Source: Escherichia coli (GTDB lineage: Bacteria; Pseudomonadota; Gammaproteobacteria; Enterobacterales; Enterobacteriaceae). Taken from it: a stretch of DNA of 64,000 nt. The stretch lies in NCBI RefSeq assembly GCF_044324785.1, contig NZ_CP172127.1; one strand, written 5' to 3'. The stretch's first letter is position 1. Every line of letters starts with the position of its first letter. The notes beneath the pieces were generated by a model, which worked only from the letters and a program-made list of their open reading frames with translations, was not told where the DNA came from and ran no database searches. Position numbers and translations under genes: made by a program. This document shows, piece by piece, positions 32,677 through 44,594 of the stretch.

Positions 32677-33831
32677 TCATGCCTCTTTGACCCACAGCGG
32701 CGGAAAACGTGCTGGTGCAAAACGCAGGGTTATGATCATCAGCCCAACGACGCACAGCGCATGAAATGCCCAGTCCATCAGGTAATTGCCGCTGATACTA
32801 CGCAGCACGCCAGAAAACCACGGGGCAAGCCCGGCGATGATAAAACCGATCCCCTGCATAAACGCCACCAGCTTGCCAGCAATAGTCGGTTGCACAGAGT
32901 GATCGAGAGCCAGCAGCAAACAGAGCGGAAATGCGCCACCCAGACCTAACCCACACACCATCGCCCACAATACCGGCAATTGCAGCGGCAGCCAGATAAG
33001 GCCGCAGAAACCCACCAGTTGTAACGCCAGTGCCAGCATTAAAAGTTTCCGCCGATCCTGATGGCGAGCCATAGCAGGCATCAGCAATGCCCCTGCTGCT
33101 TGCCCAAGCGTCATCAATGCCAGCAAGGAACCGCTGTACTGCGCGCTGGCACCAATCTCAATATAGAAAGCGGGTAACCAGGCAATCAGGCTGGCGTAAC
33201 CGCCGTTAATCAGACCGAAGTAAACACCCAGCGTCCACGCGCGGGGAGTAAATACCACGCGAACCGGAGTGGTTGTTGTCTTGTGAGAAGAGGCGACCTC
33301 GCGGGCGTTTTGCCTCCACCAGGCAAAGAGCGCAACAACGGCAGGCAGCGCCCACCAGGCGAGTGTTTGATACCAGGTTTCGCTATGTTGAACTAACCAG
33401 GGCGTAATGGCGGCACCAAGTCCACCGCCGCCCATCAGAGCCGCGGACCACAGCCCCATCACCAGTGGCGTACGGTGCTGAAACCGCCGCTTAATTACCG
33501 AAGGCATCACCGCCTGAATGATGCCAATCCCCACTCCACCAAGCAGTGCGCTGCTAAGCAGCAGCGCACTTTGGGGGTAAAGCTCACGCATCAATGCACC
33601 GACGGCAATCAGTAACAAACTGATGGCGACGCTGCGACGTTCGCTGACATGCTGATGAAGCCAGCTTCCGGCCAGCGCCAGCCCGCCCATGGTAACCACC
33701 GGCAGAGCGGTCAACAGGGCAGCCACGCTAAAGCTCATTCCGCTTGCCTGGCGCAATTGCGGTAGCAGTGGCCCGACGGAGGTGAGCAGTGGTCGCATAT
33801 TAAGACCAATCAGCACCAGAACCAGCAGCAT
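32677..33831 (-). CDS. cynX: Cyanate transporter (MFS), 384 aa
   Basis: Start placed at ATG 33831 (MLLVLVLIGLNMRP…). Confidence 0.85.
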   Translation of the reverse strand: MLLVLVLIGLNMRPLLTSVGPLLPQLRQASGMSFSVAALLTALPVVTMGGLALAGSWLHQHVSERRSVAISLLLIAVGALMRELYPQSALLLSSALLGGVGIGIIQAVMPSVIKRRFQHRTPLVMGLWSAALMGGGGLGAAITPWLVQHSETWYQTLAWWALPAVVALFAWWRQNAREVASSHKTTTTPVRVVFTPRAWTLGVYFGLINGGYASLIAWLPAFYIEIGASAQYSGSLLALMTLGQAAGALLMPAMARHQDRRKLLMLALALQLVGFCGLIWLPLQLPVLWAMVCGLGLGGAFPLCLLLALDHSVQPTIAGKLVAFMQGIGFIIAGLAPWFSGVLRSISGNYLMDWAFHALCVVGLMIITLRFAPARFPPLWVKEA

Positions 33832-33863
33832 CGTGAACGTCTTTTGATGGTTACGCATGGCTG

Positions 33864-34352
<489 letters not shown>

Positions 34353-34363
34353 TTAAAATAAGG

Positions 34364-35023
34364 TTACGCTGCGGTCGGTTGGCGTAGCGGTATGGCACAA
34401 ACGCGAGGATTAGCGGCCAGTGGCACAAACTGGCGGGTTGCGCCGTCAAAAGCTGCGATGCTGCCGCTTTCAATGTCGTAGACCCAGCCGTGCAGGGCGA
34501 TCCGCCCCTCTTCGAGCGCCAGGCGCACCGATGGATGAGTTTGCAAATTAGCCAACTGAGCAATGACGTTTTCACGTACCATCGCCGCAGCTTTTGACGG
34601 TAAATCGGGAAGCGGGCGCGCCTCATTAACGACGCGGGCTGAATCGGCATAACGCAGCCAGTGGGAGACGGCAGGCATATGGTCCATGCACTGACAGCTG
34701 GCAATGGCGGTCATCGCGCCACAGTTGGAATGACCGCAAATCACAATGTCAGATACCCGAAGCGCAGCGACGGCATACTCCACCGAAGCAGAAACGCCAC
34801 CGGGTTCCGGCCCGTAGGAAGGGACGATATTGCCCGCGTTGCGAATAACGAACAGATCGCCAGGCTCACGTTGCGTCACCAGCTCAGGGACCAGACGGCT
34901 GTCGGAGCAGGAGATAAAAAGGGTGCGCGGGCTTTGCTGTGTCGCCAGCTGTTTAAACAAGGCTTCCCGCTTCGGAAATGCCTCGCGCTGGAATTTAAGG
35001 AATCCATCAATAATCTCTTTCAC
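34364..35023 (-). CDS. cynT: Carbonic anhydrase, 219 aa
   Basis: Beta-carbonic anhydrase motifs (CSDSR, HxxCG). Confidence 0.95.
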   Translation of the reverse strand: MKEIIDGFLKFQREAFPKREALFKQLATQQSPRTLFISCSDSRLVPELVTQREPGDLFVIRNAGNIVPSYGPEPGGVSASVEYAVAALRVSDIVICGHSNCGAMTAIASCQCMDHMPAVSHWLRYADSARVVNEARPLPDLPSKAAAMVRENVIAQLANLQTHPSVRLALEEGRIALHGWVYDIESGSIAAFDGATRQFVPLAANPRVCAIPLRQPTAA

Positions 35024-35132
35024 CGTTAACCTCTGTCTGTCTCTGGAATGAGAGGCAGACTACTCGCCGATTGTCATAAGGTAAAAGTCTCATTTATGAT
35101 GAGTTCTATTGGATTTACTTATAGGTTGGCGA

Positions 35133-36032
35133 ATGCTCTCTCGACATATCAATTATTTTCTTGCCGTGGCTGAACATGGCAGCTTCACCCGTGCAGCCAG
35201 TGCGTTGCACGTCTCCCAGCCAGCACTTTCCCAGCAGATTCGCCAGTTAGAGGAGAGTTTAGGCGTGCCGCTGTTTGACCGTAGCGGGCGAACGATTCGT
35301 CTCACTGATGCAGGAGAAGTCTGGCGACAGTACGCCAGCCGGGCTTTACAGGAACTGGGGGCGGGTAAACGGGCGATTCATGATGTTGCCGATCTGACGC
35401 GAGGATCGCTGCGTATCGCCGTCACTCCCACCTTTACAAGCTACTTTATCGGCCCTTTAATGGCGGATTTCTATGCGCGCTACCCCGGCATCACGCTCCA
35501 GCTACAGGAAATGTCGCAGGAGAAAATCGAAGATCTGCTTTGCCGCGACGAGCTGGACGTTGGGATTGCCTTCGCGCCTGTGCATTCGCCGGAGCTGGAG
35601 GCAATTCCTTTACTGACAGAAAGTTTAGCTTTAGTCGTGGCGCAATATCATCCGCTGGCTGCCTGTGAACAGGTGGCGTTGAGTCGCTTGCATGATGAAA
35701 AACTGGTCCTGCTCAGCGCGGAATTTGCCACCAGAGAGCAAATTGACCACTACTGTGAGAAAGCGGGGCTACATCCACAGGTGGTCATTGAGGCGAACTC
35801 AATTAGCGCGGTTCTGGAGCTGATTCGCCGCACTTCCCTTTCCACATTGTTGCCAGCAGCGATTGCCACACAACATGACGGGCTTAAAGCTATATCCCTT
35901 GCCCCACCGTTACTGGAGAGAACGGCGGTTTTGTTGCGGCGGAAAAATAGCTGGCAGACAGCCGCCGCGAAGGCATTTTTACACATGGCGTTGGAGGAAT
36001 GTGCGGATGTTGGCGAGAATGAATCACGGTAG
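35133..36032 (+). CDS. cynR: LysR-family regulator of the cyn operon, 299 aa
   Basis: Start placed at ATG 35133 ([22 protein letters not shown]…); divergent from cynT. Confidence 0.9.
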   Translation: MLSRHINYFLAVAEHGSFTRAASALHVSQPALSQQIRQLEESLGVPLFDRSGRTIRLTDAGEVWRQYASRALQELGAGKRAIHDVADLTRGSLRIAVTPTFTSYFIGPLMADFYARYPGITLQLQEMSQEKIEDLLCRDELDVGIAFAPVHSPELEAIPLLTESLALVVAQYHPLAACEQVALSRLHDEKLVLLSAEFATREQIDHYCEKAGLHPQVVIEANSISAVLELIRRTSLSTLLPAAIATQHDGLKAISLAPPLLERTAVLLRRKNSWQTAAAKAFLHMALEECADVGENESR

Positions 36033-36054
36033 CCACTGACACAGGTCAGTGGCT
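36031..36054. terminator. Perfect 10-bp stem hairpin between convergent cynR and codA
   Basis: AGCCACTGAC-acag-GTCAGTGGCT; overlaps the cynR TAG stop codon. Confidence 0.5.
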
Positions 36055-36071
36055 CTTCAACGCAGAGGAAA

Positions 36072-37355
36072 TTACCGTTTGTAATCGATGGCTTCTGGCT
36101 GCTCCAGATATACGGTGGTTTGTGCTGGTTGGGTGCTGGCAATCACCTTACCGCCACGTACCGAATAGCGCACCGGAACCTGACGGCGCAGCGCATCAAA
36201 CCCATTTTCAGCCGGCAGGATAATCAGGTTGGCGCTGTTTCCGGCGGCAATGCCGTAATCCTGCAAATTCAACGTCCTGGCGCTATGGTGGGTGATTAAA
36301 TTCAGGCCGTCGTTAATCTGCCCGTAGCCCATCAACTGACAAACATGCAGCCCCATATGCAGCACTTGCAGCATATTCGCCGTTCCCAGTGGATACCACG
36401 GATCGAAGACATCATCGTGACCAAAGCAGACGTTAATGCCGGACTCCAGCATCTCTTTAACGCGCGTGATGCCGCGACGTTTTGGATAGGTATCGAAACG
36501 TCCTTGCAGATGAATATTGACCAGCGGGTTGGCGACAAAGTTAATACCGGACATTTTCAGCAAACGGAACAAGCGTGAGGTATACGCCCCGTTATAGGAG
36601 TGCATTGCCGTAGTGTGGCTAGCGGTGACTCGCGCGCCCATGCCTTCACGGTGCGCCAGGGCAGCAACGGTTTCGACAAAGCGCGACTGCTCGTCATCGA
36701 TCTCATCACAGTGAACGTCGATGAGACGGTCGTATTTTTGCGCCAGGGCGAAGGTTTTATGCAGCGACTCCACGCCGTATTCGCGGGTAAATTCAAAATG
36801 CGGAATCGCCCCCACTACGTCTGCCCCTAAGCGTAACGCCTCTTCCAGCAACGCTTCACCGTTGGGATACGACAAAATCCCTTCCTGCGGGAAGGCGACG
36901 ATTTGCAGATCAATCCACGGCGCGACTTCCTGCTTCACTTCCAGCATTGCTTTCAGCGCGGTCAGCGTTGCATCCGAAACATCGACATGGGTACGTACAT
37001 GCTGAATGCCGTTGGCAATCTGCCATTTCAGCGTTTGCCATGCGCGTTGTTTCACATCGTCATGGGTTAATAACGCTTTGCGCTCGGCCCAGCGTTCAAT
37101 GCCTTCGAACAGCGTGCCGGACTGATTCCAGTTCGGTTGTCCGGCGGTTTGCGTGGTGTCCAGGTGAATATGCGGCTCCACAAACGGCGGTAAAACTAAA
37201 CCTTGTTCGGCATCCAGGCTGTTTTCTGTTACGGGCATCACACCAGATTGCGTATCAATGGCGCTGATTTTTCCGTCGTGAAGATGAATCTGCCACAGCC
37301 CCTCTTTGCCGGGTAACCGGGCGTTAATAATTGTTTGTAAAGCGTTATTCGACAC
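36072..37355 (-). CDS. codA: Cytosine deaminase, 427 aa
   Basis: GTG start at 37355 preceded by GGAGG 6 nt upstream ([16 protein letters not shown]…). Confidence 0.9.
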   Translation of the reverse strand: MSNNALQTIINARLPGKEGLWQIHLHDGKISAIDTQSGVMPVTENSLDAEQGLVLPPFVEPHIHLDTTQTAGQPNWNQSGTLFEGIERWAERKALLTHDDVKQRAWQTLKWQIANGIQHVRTHVDVSDATLTALKAMLEVKQEVAPWIDLQIVAFPQEGILSYPNGEALLEEALRLGADVVGAIPHFEFTREYGVESLHKTFALAQKYDRLIDVHCDEIDDEQSRFVETVAALAHREGMGARVTASHTTAMHSYNGAYTSRLFRLLKMSGINFVANPLVNIHLQGRFDTYPKRRGITRVKEMLESGINVCFGHDDVFDPWYPLGTANMLQVLHMGLHVCQLMGYGQINDGLNLITHHSARTLNLQDYGIAAGNSANLIILPAENGFDALRRQVPVRYSVRGGKVIASTQPAQTTVYLEQPEAIDYKR

Positions 37356-38604
37356 TGTTAGCCTCCACATGCGTCATTGCTGCTGTCGTTTTACGATTCA
37401 AAATCGGGTTAAGGATCAGATAGCTCAGCGCGCCACCTAATACCGCGTTGACCGGAACAATTCCCGGTAACCAGTGGCCTGCGGCAATCCCCAGCGCGAC
37501 CGCCAGAATTGCCACCCAATTGACACTCATCATACGCGTGGTCGCAAAGTGCTCATAGCGGCGACGGTTCATCAGATAGTCAGCGATGATCACGCCCCCT
37601 ACCGGAGGAATAGCTGCCGAAAGGAAGGTCAGCCAGCCGACAAAATTGTTATACAGCCATAGTGCGCAGACCGTACCGATAATACCGTTGATTACCGAAA
37701 GGGTTTTGCTCGACATCCCGGTAATGTTGGCGAAACCTAAGCCCGACGCATAGAGCGCGTTATCGTTGGTGGTCCAGATATTCAGCCCCAGCACCACAAT
37801 CGCAGGCAGCAGCAGACCCTGAGCAATCATCACATCAGAGATATCCGCCATCCCCAGTGCCGCCGCGCCCGCTGCACCGAAAATAAACATCAACGAGTTG
37901 CCGAGGAAAAAGGCCACCATCGCCACCAGCACCGCCAGTTTGGCATTGCGACCAAACCGGACAAAGTCAGCGGTGAGCGTGCCCGCGCTGATAAATGACC
38001 CCACAACCAGCGCCAGTGCGACATTGAAATCTAACGGTTGTGCGGGAACGACCGCTTTTAATGCGTCCAGGCCGCCCATGCCATTAACAGCCAGCCACAC
38101 GGAATAACCGCCAAGGCAGGCGATAGCCGGAACCGCAATCACCGAAAGAACCGTCAGCGCCGAAATGCCAAAGAAGACGGTGACGGTCATCAGTAAACCG
38201 GAGACGGCAATCAGCAAATTAATATCCAGCCCGGTTGCCTTGCCCACCGGAATAGCAAACATCGCCACGCCAACGCCAAACCAGCCGACCTGAGTGCCGC
38301 CCAGCAGCAGTGAAGGCAGCCATGAGCCTTTAACACCAAACGAGAAGCGAGCAAGAAGATGAGTGGTCAGGCCGGTTTTTGCGCCAATGTAACCAAGAAA
38401 TGAAGTGTAAATACCGAGGAGAAGATTACCGATGAGGACTGCGAGGAAGAAATCATGATAGCTAAGACCGGTTCCGAGAGTGCCGCCGGTCCACATACTG
38501 GCGGAAAAGAAGGTTAATCCCAGCATGACGAACGTCAATGCCAATACCCCTTTCCGCGCCGACTGCGGGACTGGCCCCTGGCTAAAGTTGTTATCTTGCG
38601 ACAC
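37345..38604 (-). CDS. codB: Cytosine permease (NCS1 family), 419 aa
   Basis: Polytopic membrane protein; 11-nt overlap with the codA start. Confidence 0.9.
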   Translation of the reverse strand: MSQDNNFSQGPVPQSARKGVLALTFVMLGLTFFSASMWTGGTLGTGLSYHDFFLAVLIGNLLLGIYTSFLGYIGAKTGLTTHLLARFSFGVKGSWLPSLLLGGTQVGWFGVGVAMFAIPVGKATGLDINLLIAVSGLLMTVTVFFGISALTVLSVIAVPAIACLGGYSVWLAVNGMGGLDALKAVVPAQPLDFNVALALVVGSFISAGTLTADFVRFGRNAKLAVLVAMVAFFLGNSLMFIFGAAGAAALGMADISDVMIAQGLLLPAIVVLGLNIWTTNDNALYASGLGFANITGMSSKTLSVINGIIGTVCALWLYNNFVGWLTFLSAAIPPVGGVIIADYLMNRRRYEHFATTRMMSVNWVAILAVALGIAAGHWLPGIVPVNAVLGGALSYLILNPILNRKTTAAMTHVEANSVE

Positions 38605-38767
38605 GAAATTCCCCCTTTTTGCTGTTTGAAACCCAAAAAATCCGCCGCATTCTATTCATCTGAAGATAAAAAGCAATCGTTTTCGTGGGGAAATATATTT
38701 TTTATATGAATGAGTGCAAAAAGGTGGGGGAAAAATTATCGGTGTAAAAACAGTGGGTAGCCATAAT

Positions 38768-38836
38768 AAGACGCGGTAAGCGTCGCATCAGGCATCGGCG
38801 CATGGTGTCGGATGCGCCAGGCGACGCATCCGACAA
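38768..38836. repeat. REP-like element(s) between prpE and codB
   Basis: GCGTCGCATCAGGCATCGGCGCATGGTGTCGGATGCGCCAGGCGACGCATCCGACA. Confidence 0.7.
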
Positions 38837-38840
38837 TAAC

Positions 38841-40727
38841 CTACTCTTCCATCGCCTGGCGGATCTGATCCAACGACGCAGGATCATCAATGGTCGTCAG
38901 ATCCCCAGGATCGCGTCCTTCACAAATCGCCTGGATCGTGCGGCGCAGCATTTTTCCGGATCGCGTTTTCGGCAATTGCGAGACAAACCAGACGTGCGCC
39001 GGGCGACCAAAGTTGCCAATCTGGCTGTCCACCAGCGCCATAATCGCCTTCTCTTGCGAATGCGCCACATCACGATCTTCCAGACTGTCGCTCTCTTTCG
39101 GAATGACAAACGCCACCGCCACCTGCCCTTTCAGCGCATCTTTCACCCCAACCACCGCCACTTCGGCAACGCCCGGATGACTGGAGATACTCTCTTCAAT
39201 CTCGCGCGTCCCCAGCCGATGCCCGGCAACGTTAATCACATCGTCAGTGCGCCCGAGAATAAAGTGATAACCGTCAGCATCGCGGATACCCCAGTCAAAA
39301 GTGGCGTACACCGGACGGGAAAACAGCGACCAGTACGTCTTCACAAAGCGGTCGTCGTCGCCCCAAATGGTCTGAATACACCCCGGCGGCAGCGGCCCTT
39401 CCACCACCAGCATCCCTTTCTCGTTGACCCCGCACGGTTCGCCGGTAACTTCATTGAGCAACTGCACGTTGTAGCCATACATCGGCACGCCGGGGCTTCC
39501 CAGACGCGTCGGCCTGTCGTCCAGACCGCGAGCAATCGCCATAATCGGCCAGCCGGATTCGGTCTGCCAGTAGTTGTCGATGACCGGCACATCCAGCGTA
39601 TTGCTCACCCAACTGGCGGTCGGCTCGTCCAGCGGTTCTCCAGCCAGATAGAGCACTTCCAGCGACGAGAGATCGTGTTTGCGAATTTCAGCGGTAGGGA
39701 ATTTTTTCAGCACGCGAATGGCGGTCGGCGCTGAGAACATCCGGCTAACCTGATATTTCTCGACGATTTTCCACCACACACCGCAGTCCGGCCAGGTCGG
39801 CAATCCTTCGTAAACGATAGTCGCCATCCCCGCCAGCAGCGGCGCGTAGACGATATACGAATGCCCCACCACCCAGCCGATATCCGAAGCACAAAAGAAC
39901 ACACCGCCCGCTTTGCCGCCAAAAATGGTTTCCATCGAGGTCGCCAGCGCCACCGCATATCCGCCAACGTCACGCTGCACGCCTTTAGGTTTGCCGGTCG
40001 TGCCGGAGGTGTAGAGAATGCAGGAGGTTTCGTTGGATTCCAGCCACGCCACCGGTACCCGCGCGCCGATGTGTTGATGGCGCAACGACGCGAAATCGAC
40101 ATCCCGCCCGCTGACGCGTGCCATTTTCGCCAGCCCGCGATCCACCAGCAAAACATGGCGTGGCTGGTGCTGCGCCTGACTTATCGCATCGTCGAGCAAT
40201 TTTTTATAGGGAATGATTTTGCCACCGCGCGCTCCGGCATCAGCCGAGACAATCAGCACCGGTTTAGCATCATCAATTCGCGCCGCCACGCTGTGCGAGG
40301 CAAATCCACCAAACACCACCGAGTGAATAGCGCCAATGCGCGCGCAGGCCAGCAGAGTAATATGCGCTTCGGCAATCATCGGCATATACACCAGCACCCG
40401 ATCGCCACGCTGCACGCCCAATGAACGCAACATTGAGGCCACCGCGTTCACTTCGTCATGCAGCTGACGAAAGGTAAAGGTGCGCTCTTCTTCTGTTTCC
40501 GAAGAGACGGCAATCAGCGCCAGCGCCTCTGGCTGTTTCTCCAGCCAGCGGTCGATAGCGTTGTGACACAAGTTGGTTCGGCCTTCACAAAACCAACGGG
40601 CAAACGGCGGGTTGCTGTGGTCGAGCGTTTGCGTAAAGGGCGTCTGCCAGTCAATACGCCGGGCCTGCTCGGCCCAGAACTGCTCCGGTTCGTTAATCGA
40701 ACGCTGATAAAATTCGCTAAAAGACAT
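38841..40727 (-). CDS. prpE: Propionyl-CoA synthetase, 628 aa
   Basis: AMP-binding motif YTSGTTGKPKG. Confidence 0.9.
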   Translation of the reverse strand: MSFSEFYQRSINEPEQFWAEQARRIDWQTPFTQTLDHSNPPFARWFCEGRTNLCHNAIDRWLEKQPEALALIAVSSETEEERTFTFRQLHDEVNAVASMLRSLGVQRGDRVLVYMPMIAEAHITLLACARIGAIHSVVFGGFASHSVAARIDDAKPVLIVSADAGARGGKIIPYKKLLDDAISQAQHQPRHVLLVDRGLAKMARVSGRDVDFASLRHQHIGARVPVAWLESNETSCILYTSGTTGKPKGVQRDVGGYAVALATSMETIFGGKAGGVFFCASDIGWVVGHSYIVYAPLLAGMATIVYEGLPTWPDCGVWWKIVEKYQVSRMFSAPTAIRVLKKFPTAEIRKHDLSSLEVLYLAGEPLDEPTASWVSNTLDVPVIDNYWQTESGWPIMAIARGLDDRPTRLGSPGVPMYGYNVQLLNEVTGEPCGVNEKGMLVVEGPLPPGCIQTIWGDDDRFVKTYWSLFSRPVYATFDWGIRDADGYHFILGRTDDVINVAGHRLGTREIEESISSHPGVAEVAVVGVKDALKGQVAVAFVIPKESDSLEDRDVAHSQEKAIMALVDSQIGNFGRPAHVWFVSQLPKTRSGKMLRRTIQAICEGRDPGDLTTIDDPASLDQIRQAMEE

Positions 40728-40766
40728 AATGCTCTCCTGTTGAACTTACGCCTTACCGCCGTTTAC

Positions 40767-42218
40767 TTAAATGACGTACAGGTCGAGATACTCATTGACC
40801 GGCATCTGTTCCAGGCGAGTTCTGTCGAGAGAAACCTCCAGAATGCGCTGTTGCTGGCGAGTCGGGAACTGGCGCGCGAGATTGATTTTGAATTTATCGA
40901 CCAGTTTCGGAATACCATCCTGACGGCGGCGAGCATGACCAATGGGGTACTCCACCACCACTTCTTCAAATCGTGTGCCGTCGGTGAACTCAAGGGTAAT
41001 GGCATTGGCGATGGCGCGTTTTTCCGGGTCGTGGTAGTCAGCAGTAAATGCCGGATCTTCAAAGCAATTGATCTTCTCGCGCAGGGCGTCAATGCGTTTA
41101 TCTTGCGCAACGTTGTCCTCGTAATCTGCCGCCGTTAAGCGCCCGAATAGCAGCGGGATCGCCACCATGTACTGAATGCAGTGGTCGCGGTCAGCCGGGT
41201 TATTGAGCGGCCCTTTTTTGTCGATGATGCGAATACAGGCTTCGTGGGTGCGAATGGTCACTTTTTCGATATCCGCCGCCGTTTTGCCTGCTGCCTGCAT
41301 CTGTTCATAGAGCGTCATCGCCGCTTCAACTGCCGTCTGGGAGTGGAACTCCGCCGGGAAGGAGATTTTGAACAGCACATTTTCCATGACGTAAGAACCG
41401 TACGGGCGCTGGAAGCGGAACGACTCACCTTTAAAGGAGACGTCGTAGAAGCCCCACACAGGCGCAGTCAGGGCTGACGGGTAACCCATTTCGCCCGTTT
41501 TCGCCATCAGTGCCAGACGTACCGCGCGGGAAGTGGCATCGCCCGCCGCCCAGGATTTACGCGTGCCGGTGTTCGGCGCATGGCGATAGGTGCGCAGCGA
41601 CTGACCGTCCACCCACGCCAGCGAAACGGCGTTGAGAATTTCCTCGCGGGTCAGGCCGAGCATTTCGGCGACCACGGCGGTGGAAGCCACTTTCACTAAC
41701 AGAACATGGTCGAGGCCGACGCGGTTAAAGGAGTTTTCCAGCGCGATGCAGCCCTGAATTTCATGGGCTTTAATCATTGCGGTCAGCACCTGCTTCATGG
41801 TCAACGGCGCTTTGCCGCTGGCGACCGCGTTGCGCGAAAGCCAGTCCGCCGTTGCCAGAATGCCGCCGAGGTTGTCGGAAGGATGGCCCCACTCCGCCGC
41901 CAGCCAGGTATCGTTGAAATCGAGCCAACGGATCATCGCGCCGATGTTAAATGCCGCCTGGACGGGGTCGAGCTGGAACTGAGTTCCGGGGACGCGCACG
42001 CCGTTAGGTACGACGGTGCCAGGAACAATTGGCCCCAGCAGTTTTTTACAGGCCGGGTATTCGAGAGCTTCAAGACCGCAGCCGAGCGTGTCGAGCAGGC
42101 AGTAATGTGCGGTCTCGTAGGCCACTCTGGAGCTGATTTCGTAGTTCATGACGTAATCGACGATATCAACGATTTCACGATCAAATTCCGGGCGGATGTT
42201 GTTGATTTGAGCTGACAT
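40767..42218 (-). CDS. prpD: 2-methylcitrate dehydratase, 483 aa
   Basis: Recognised by sequence and operon position. Confidence 0.9.
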   Translation of the reverse strand: MSAQINNIRPEFDREIVDIVDYVMNYEISSRVAYETAHYCLLDTLGCGLEALEYPACKKLLGPIVPGTVVPNGVRVPGTQFQLDPVQAAFNIGAMIRWLDFNDTWLAAEWGHPSDNLGGILATADWLSRNAVASGKAPLTMKQVLTAMIKAHEIQGCIALENSFNRVGLDHVLLVKVASTAVVAEMLGLTREEILNAVSLAWVDGQSLRTYRHAPNTGTRKSWAAGDATSRAVRLALMAKTGEMGYPSALTAPVWGFYDVSFKGESFRFQRPYGSYVMENVLFKISFPAEFHSQTAVEAAMTLYEQMQAAGKTAADIEKVTIRTHEACIRIIDKKGPLNNPADRDHCIQYMVAIPLLFGRLTAADYEDNVAQDKRIDALREKINCFEDPAFTADYHDPEKRAIANAITLEFTDGTRFEEVVVEYPIGHARRRQDGIPKLVDKFKINLARQFPTRQQQRILEVSLDRTRLEQMPVNEYLDLYVI

Positions 42219-42251
42219 TGGGTACGTTTCCTTATTGTTATTCGTAGAGGT

Positions 42252-43421
42252 TTACTGGCGCTTATCCAGCGCGACAAACTGGCGGTCTTCCGGTCCAACA
42301 TAATTGGCGGAAGGACGGATAATTTTGTTGTCCTGACGTTGTTCGATAATGTGCGCAGCCCAGCCAGTGACACGGGCGATAACAAACAGTGGTGTGAACA
42401 TCTCGGTGGGAACACCCATCATGTTGTAGGAAACAGCGGAGAACCAGTCGAGATTGGGGAACATCTTTTTGCTCTCCCACATCACCGTTTCCAGGCGATC
42501 GGCGATGTTGTACATCTTCAGCGAGCCGCCTTCCTGCGAGAGCTGCTTCGCCACGCGTTTGATCACCTGATGACGCGGGTCGGCGATGGTATAAACCGGA
42601 TGACCAAAACCAATGACCACTTCTTTGTTTTCCACCCGCTTGCGGATATCGGCTTCGGCTTCGTCCGGCGTTTCGTAGCGTTGCTGGATCTCCAGCGACA
42701 CTTCATTCGCTCCGCCGTGTTTCGGCCCGCGCAGTGCGCCAATTGCGCCAATAATGGCTGAGTACATATCAGAGCCGGTGCCCGCAATCACCCGGCTGGT
42801 AAAGGTGGAGGCGTTAAACTCGTGTTCGGCGTACAGCACCAGCGAAATATGCATCGCCTTTTCCCAGCTTTGCGACGGCTTTTCGCCATGCAGCAGATGC
42901 AGGAAGTGACCGCCGATGGAGTCGTCATCGGTTTCCGGCTGAATGCGTTCGCCGTTGTGGCTGTAGTGATACCAGTAGAGAAGAATCGAGCTAAGTGACG
43001 CCAGCAGTTTGTCGGCAATATCCCGCGCACCAGAAACGGTGTGCCCCTCTTTTTCTGGCAGCGTGCAGCCGAGCGCGGAAACGCCTGTGCGCATGATATC
43101 CATCGGGTGCGACGCCGCGGGTAAGGCTTCCAGCACGGTACGCACGTTAGCTGGTAAACCGCGCAGGGCTTTCAGTTTTGTTTTGTAAGCGGCGAGTTCG
43201 TCACGGGTCGGCAGTTTGCCGTGGATCAGCAGATGCGCCACTTCTTCAAATTCGCAATGTTCCGCCAGATCAAGAATATCGTAACCACGGTAATGCAAGT
43301 CATTGCCACTTTTACCCACGGTGCAGAGCGCCGTATTGCCCGCCGGAACGCCAGAAAGTGCTACCGATTTTTTCGGTTTAATGACATGGGTACTGTTTTG
43401 CAGGATCGTTGTGTCGCTCAT
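42252..43421 (-). CDS. prpC: 2-methylcitrate synthase, 389 aa
   Basis: Citrate-synthase family; operon position. Confidence 0.9.
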   Translation of the reverse strand: MSDTTILQNSTHVIKPKKSVALSGVPAGNTALCTVGKSGNDLHYRGYDILDLAEHCEFEEVAHLLIHGKLPTRDELAAYKTKLKALRGLPANVRTVLEALPAASHPMDIMRTGVSALGCTLPEKEGHTVSGARDIADKLLASLSSILLYWYHYSHNGERIQPETDDDSIGGHFLHLLHGEKPSQSWEKAMHISLVLYAEHEFNASTFTSRVIAGTGSDMYSAIIGAIGALRGPKHGGANEVSLEIQQRYETPDEAEADIRKRVENKEVVIGFGHPVYTIADPRHQVIKRVAKQLSQEGGSLKMYNIADRLETVMWESKKMFPNLDWFSAVSYNMMGVPTEMFTPLFVIARVTGWAAHIIEQRQDNKIIRPSANYVGPEDRQFVALDKRQ

Positions 43422-43465
43422 ATTGTCCTCGTCATTTGTAGGGTCGAGATATTTTTCGTTGTGTT

Positions 43466-44356
43466 TTATTTCACCTGGCTACGGGCAAACAGGTCGTCGA
43501 GCTTCTCTTCGTACTGGTAGTAGTTGATGCTTTCGTACAGCTCGTTGCGGGTCTGCATGGTGTCGATGACGCTTTTCTGCGTCCCTTCCTGACGCAGGAC
43601 GTTGTAGACATGCTCAGCGGCGCGGTTCATGGCGCGGAACGCTGAAAGTGGGTACAGCGCCATTGCGACATGGGCGCTGCGTAATTCGTCGGTGGTAAAC
43701 AGCGGTGTTGCGCCAAATTCGGTGATGTTGGCGAGGATCGGCACCTGCACCGCATCGGCAAACTGGCGGTACATGGCGAGTTCGGTAATCGCCTCCGGGA
43801 ACAACATCTCGGCACCCGCTTCAACATAGGCCTGCGCACGCTCAATCGCCGCATCCAGCCCCTCTACCGCCAGCGCATCGGTGCGCGCCATGATCACAAA
43901 ATCAGGATCGGTTTTCGCATCCACCGCCGCGCGGATCCGATCCACCATTTCTTCTTTCGAGACGATCGCTTTATTCGGGCGATGACCGCAACGTTTCGCA
44001 CCAACCTGATCTTCAATATGCAATCCTGCCGCACCGGCTTTAATCATCGATTTCACGGTGCGCGCCACGTTAAAAGCAGAAGAACCAAAACCGATATCCG
44101 CATCCACCAGCAGCGGCAGCGAACAAACGTCGGTGATACGGCGAATATCTGTCAGCACGTCATCAAGAGTAGAAATACCGAGATCGGGCAGCCCCAGCGA
44201 CCCTGCCGCCACGCCACCGCCGGAGAGATAAATTGCCTGATATCCGGCACGCTGCGCCAACAGCGCATGGTTGGCGTTGATGGTGCCGACAATCTGTAAT
44301 GGATTTTCTTTAGTCAGTGCAGCGCGAAACGCTTTACCTGGAGAGTGTAGAGACAT
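43466..44356 (-). CDS. prpB: 2-methylisocitrate lyase, 296 aa
   Basis: Recognised by sequence and operon position. Confidence 0.9.
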   Translation of the reverse strand: MSLHSPGKAFRAALTKENPLQIVGTINANHALLAQRAGYQAIYLSGGGVAAGSLGLPDLGISTLDDVLTDIRRITDVCSLPLLVDADIGFGSSAFNVARTVKSMIKAGAAGLHIEDQVGAKRCGHRPNKAIVSKEEMVDRIRAAVDAKTDPDFVIMARTDALAVEGLDAAIERAQAYVEAGAEMLFPEAITELAMYRQFADAVQVPILANITEFGATPLFTTDELRSAHVAMALYPLSAFRAMNRAAEHVYNVLRQEGTQKSVIDTMQTRNELYESINYYQYEEKLDDLFARSQVK

Positions 44357-44402
44357 AGCCCATCCTTTGTTATCAACTTGTTATTTGCGTTGATAAACAC
44401 AA

Positions 44403-44418
44403 AGCAAGGGGTGTGCCA
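44403..44418 (-). promoter_or_regulatory. Sigma54 (-24/-12) promoter for prpBCDE
   Basis: Minus strand reads TGGCAC-ACCCC-TTGC, an exact match to TGGCAC-N5-TTGC; sits between prpR and prpB. Confidence 0.7.
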
Positions 44419-44594
44419 CAATTGCCTTAATAAAATTAAATGTTTAATTTCAATTTGTTAGCAATATAGTCATGAAGTAATCCGCAAATATGCGTTTCAG
44501 TTAACGTTTCAGGCAATGTTTCACCGCGTTTCATTGCAACAATTATGAAACAAGACTAAACCCAATATTCGGTTTCTTAACTTTGCGGTGCGCT

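Noticed and set aside
38802-39734. 310-aa ORF antisense to prpE, and similar long antisense ORFs in prpD (40458-41138), yahG (58121-59278) and yahF (59981-60658)
   Set aside because: All are fully contained in strongly supported genes on the opposite strand and have Arg/His/Pro-rich nonsense-like translations.
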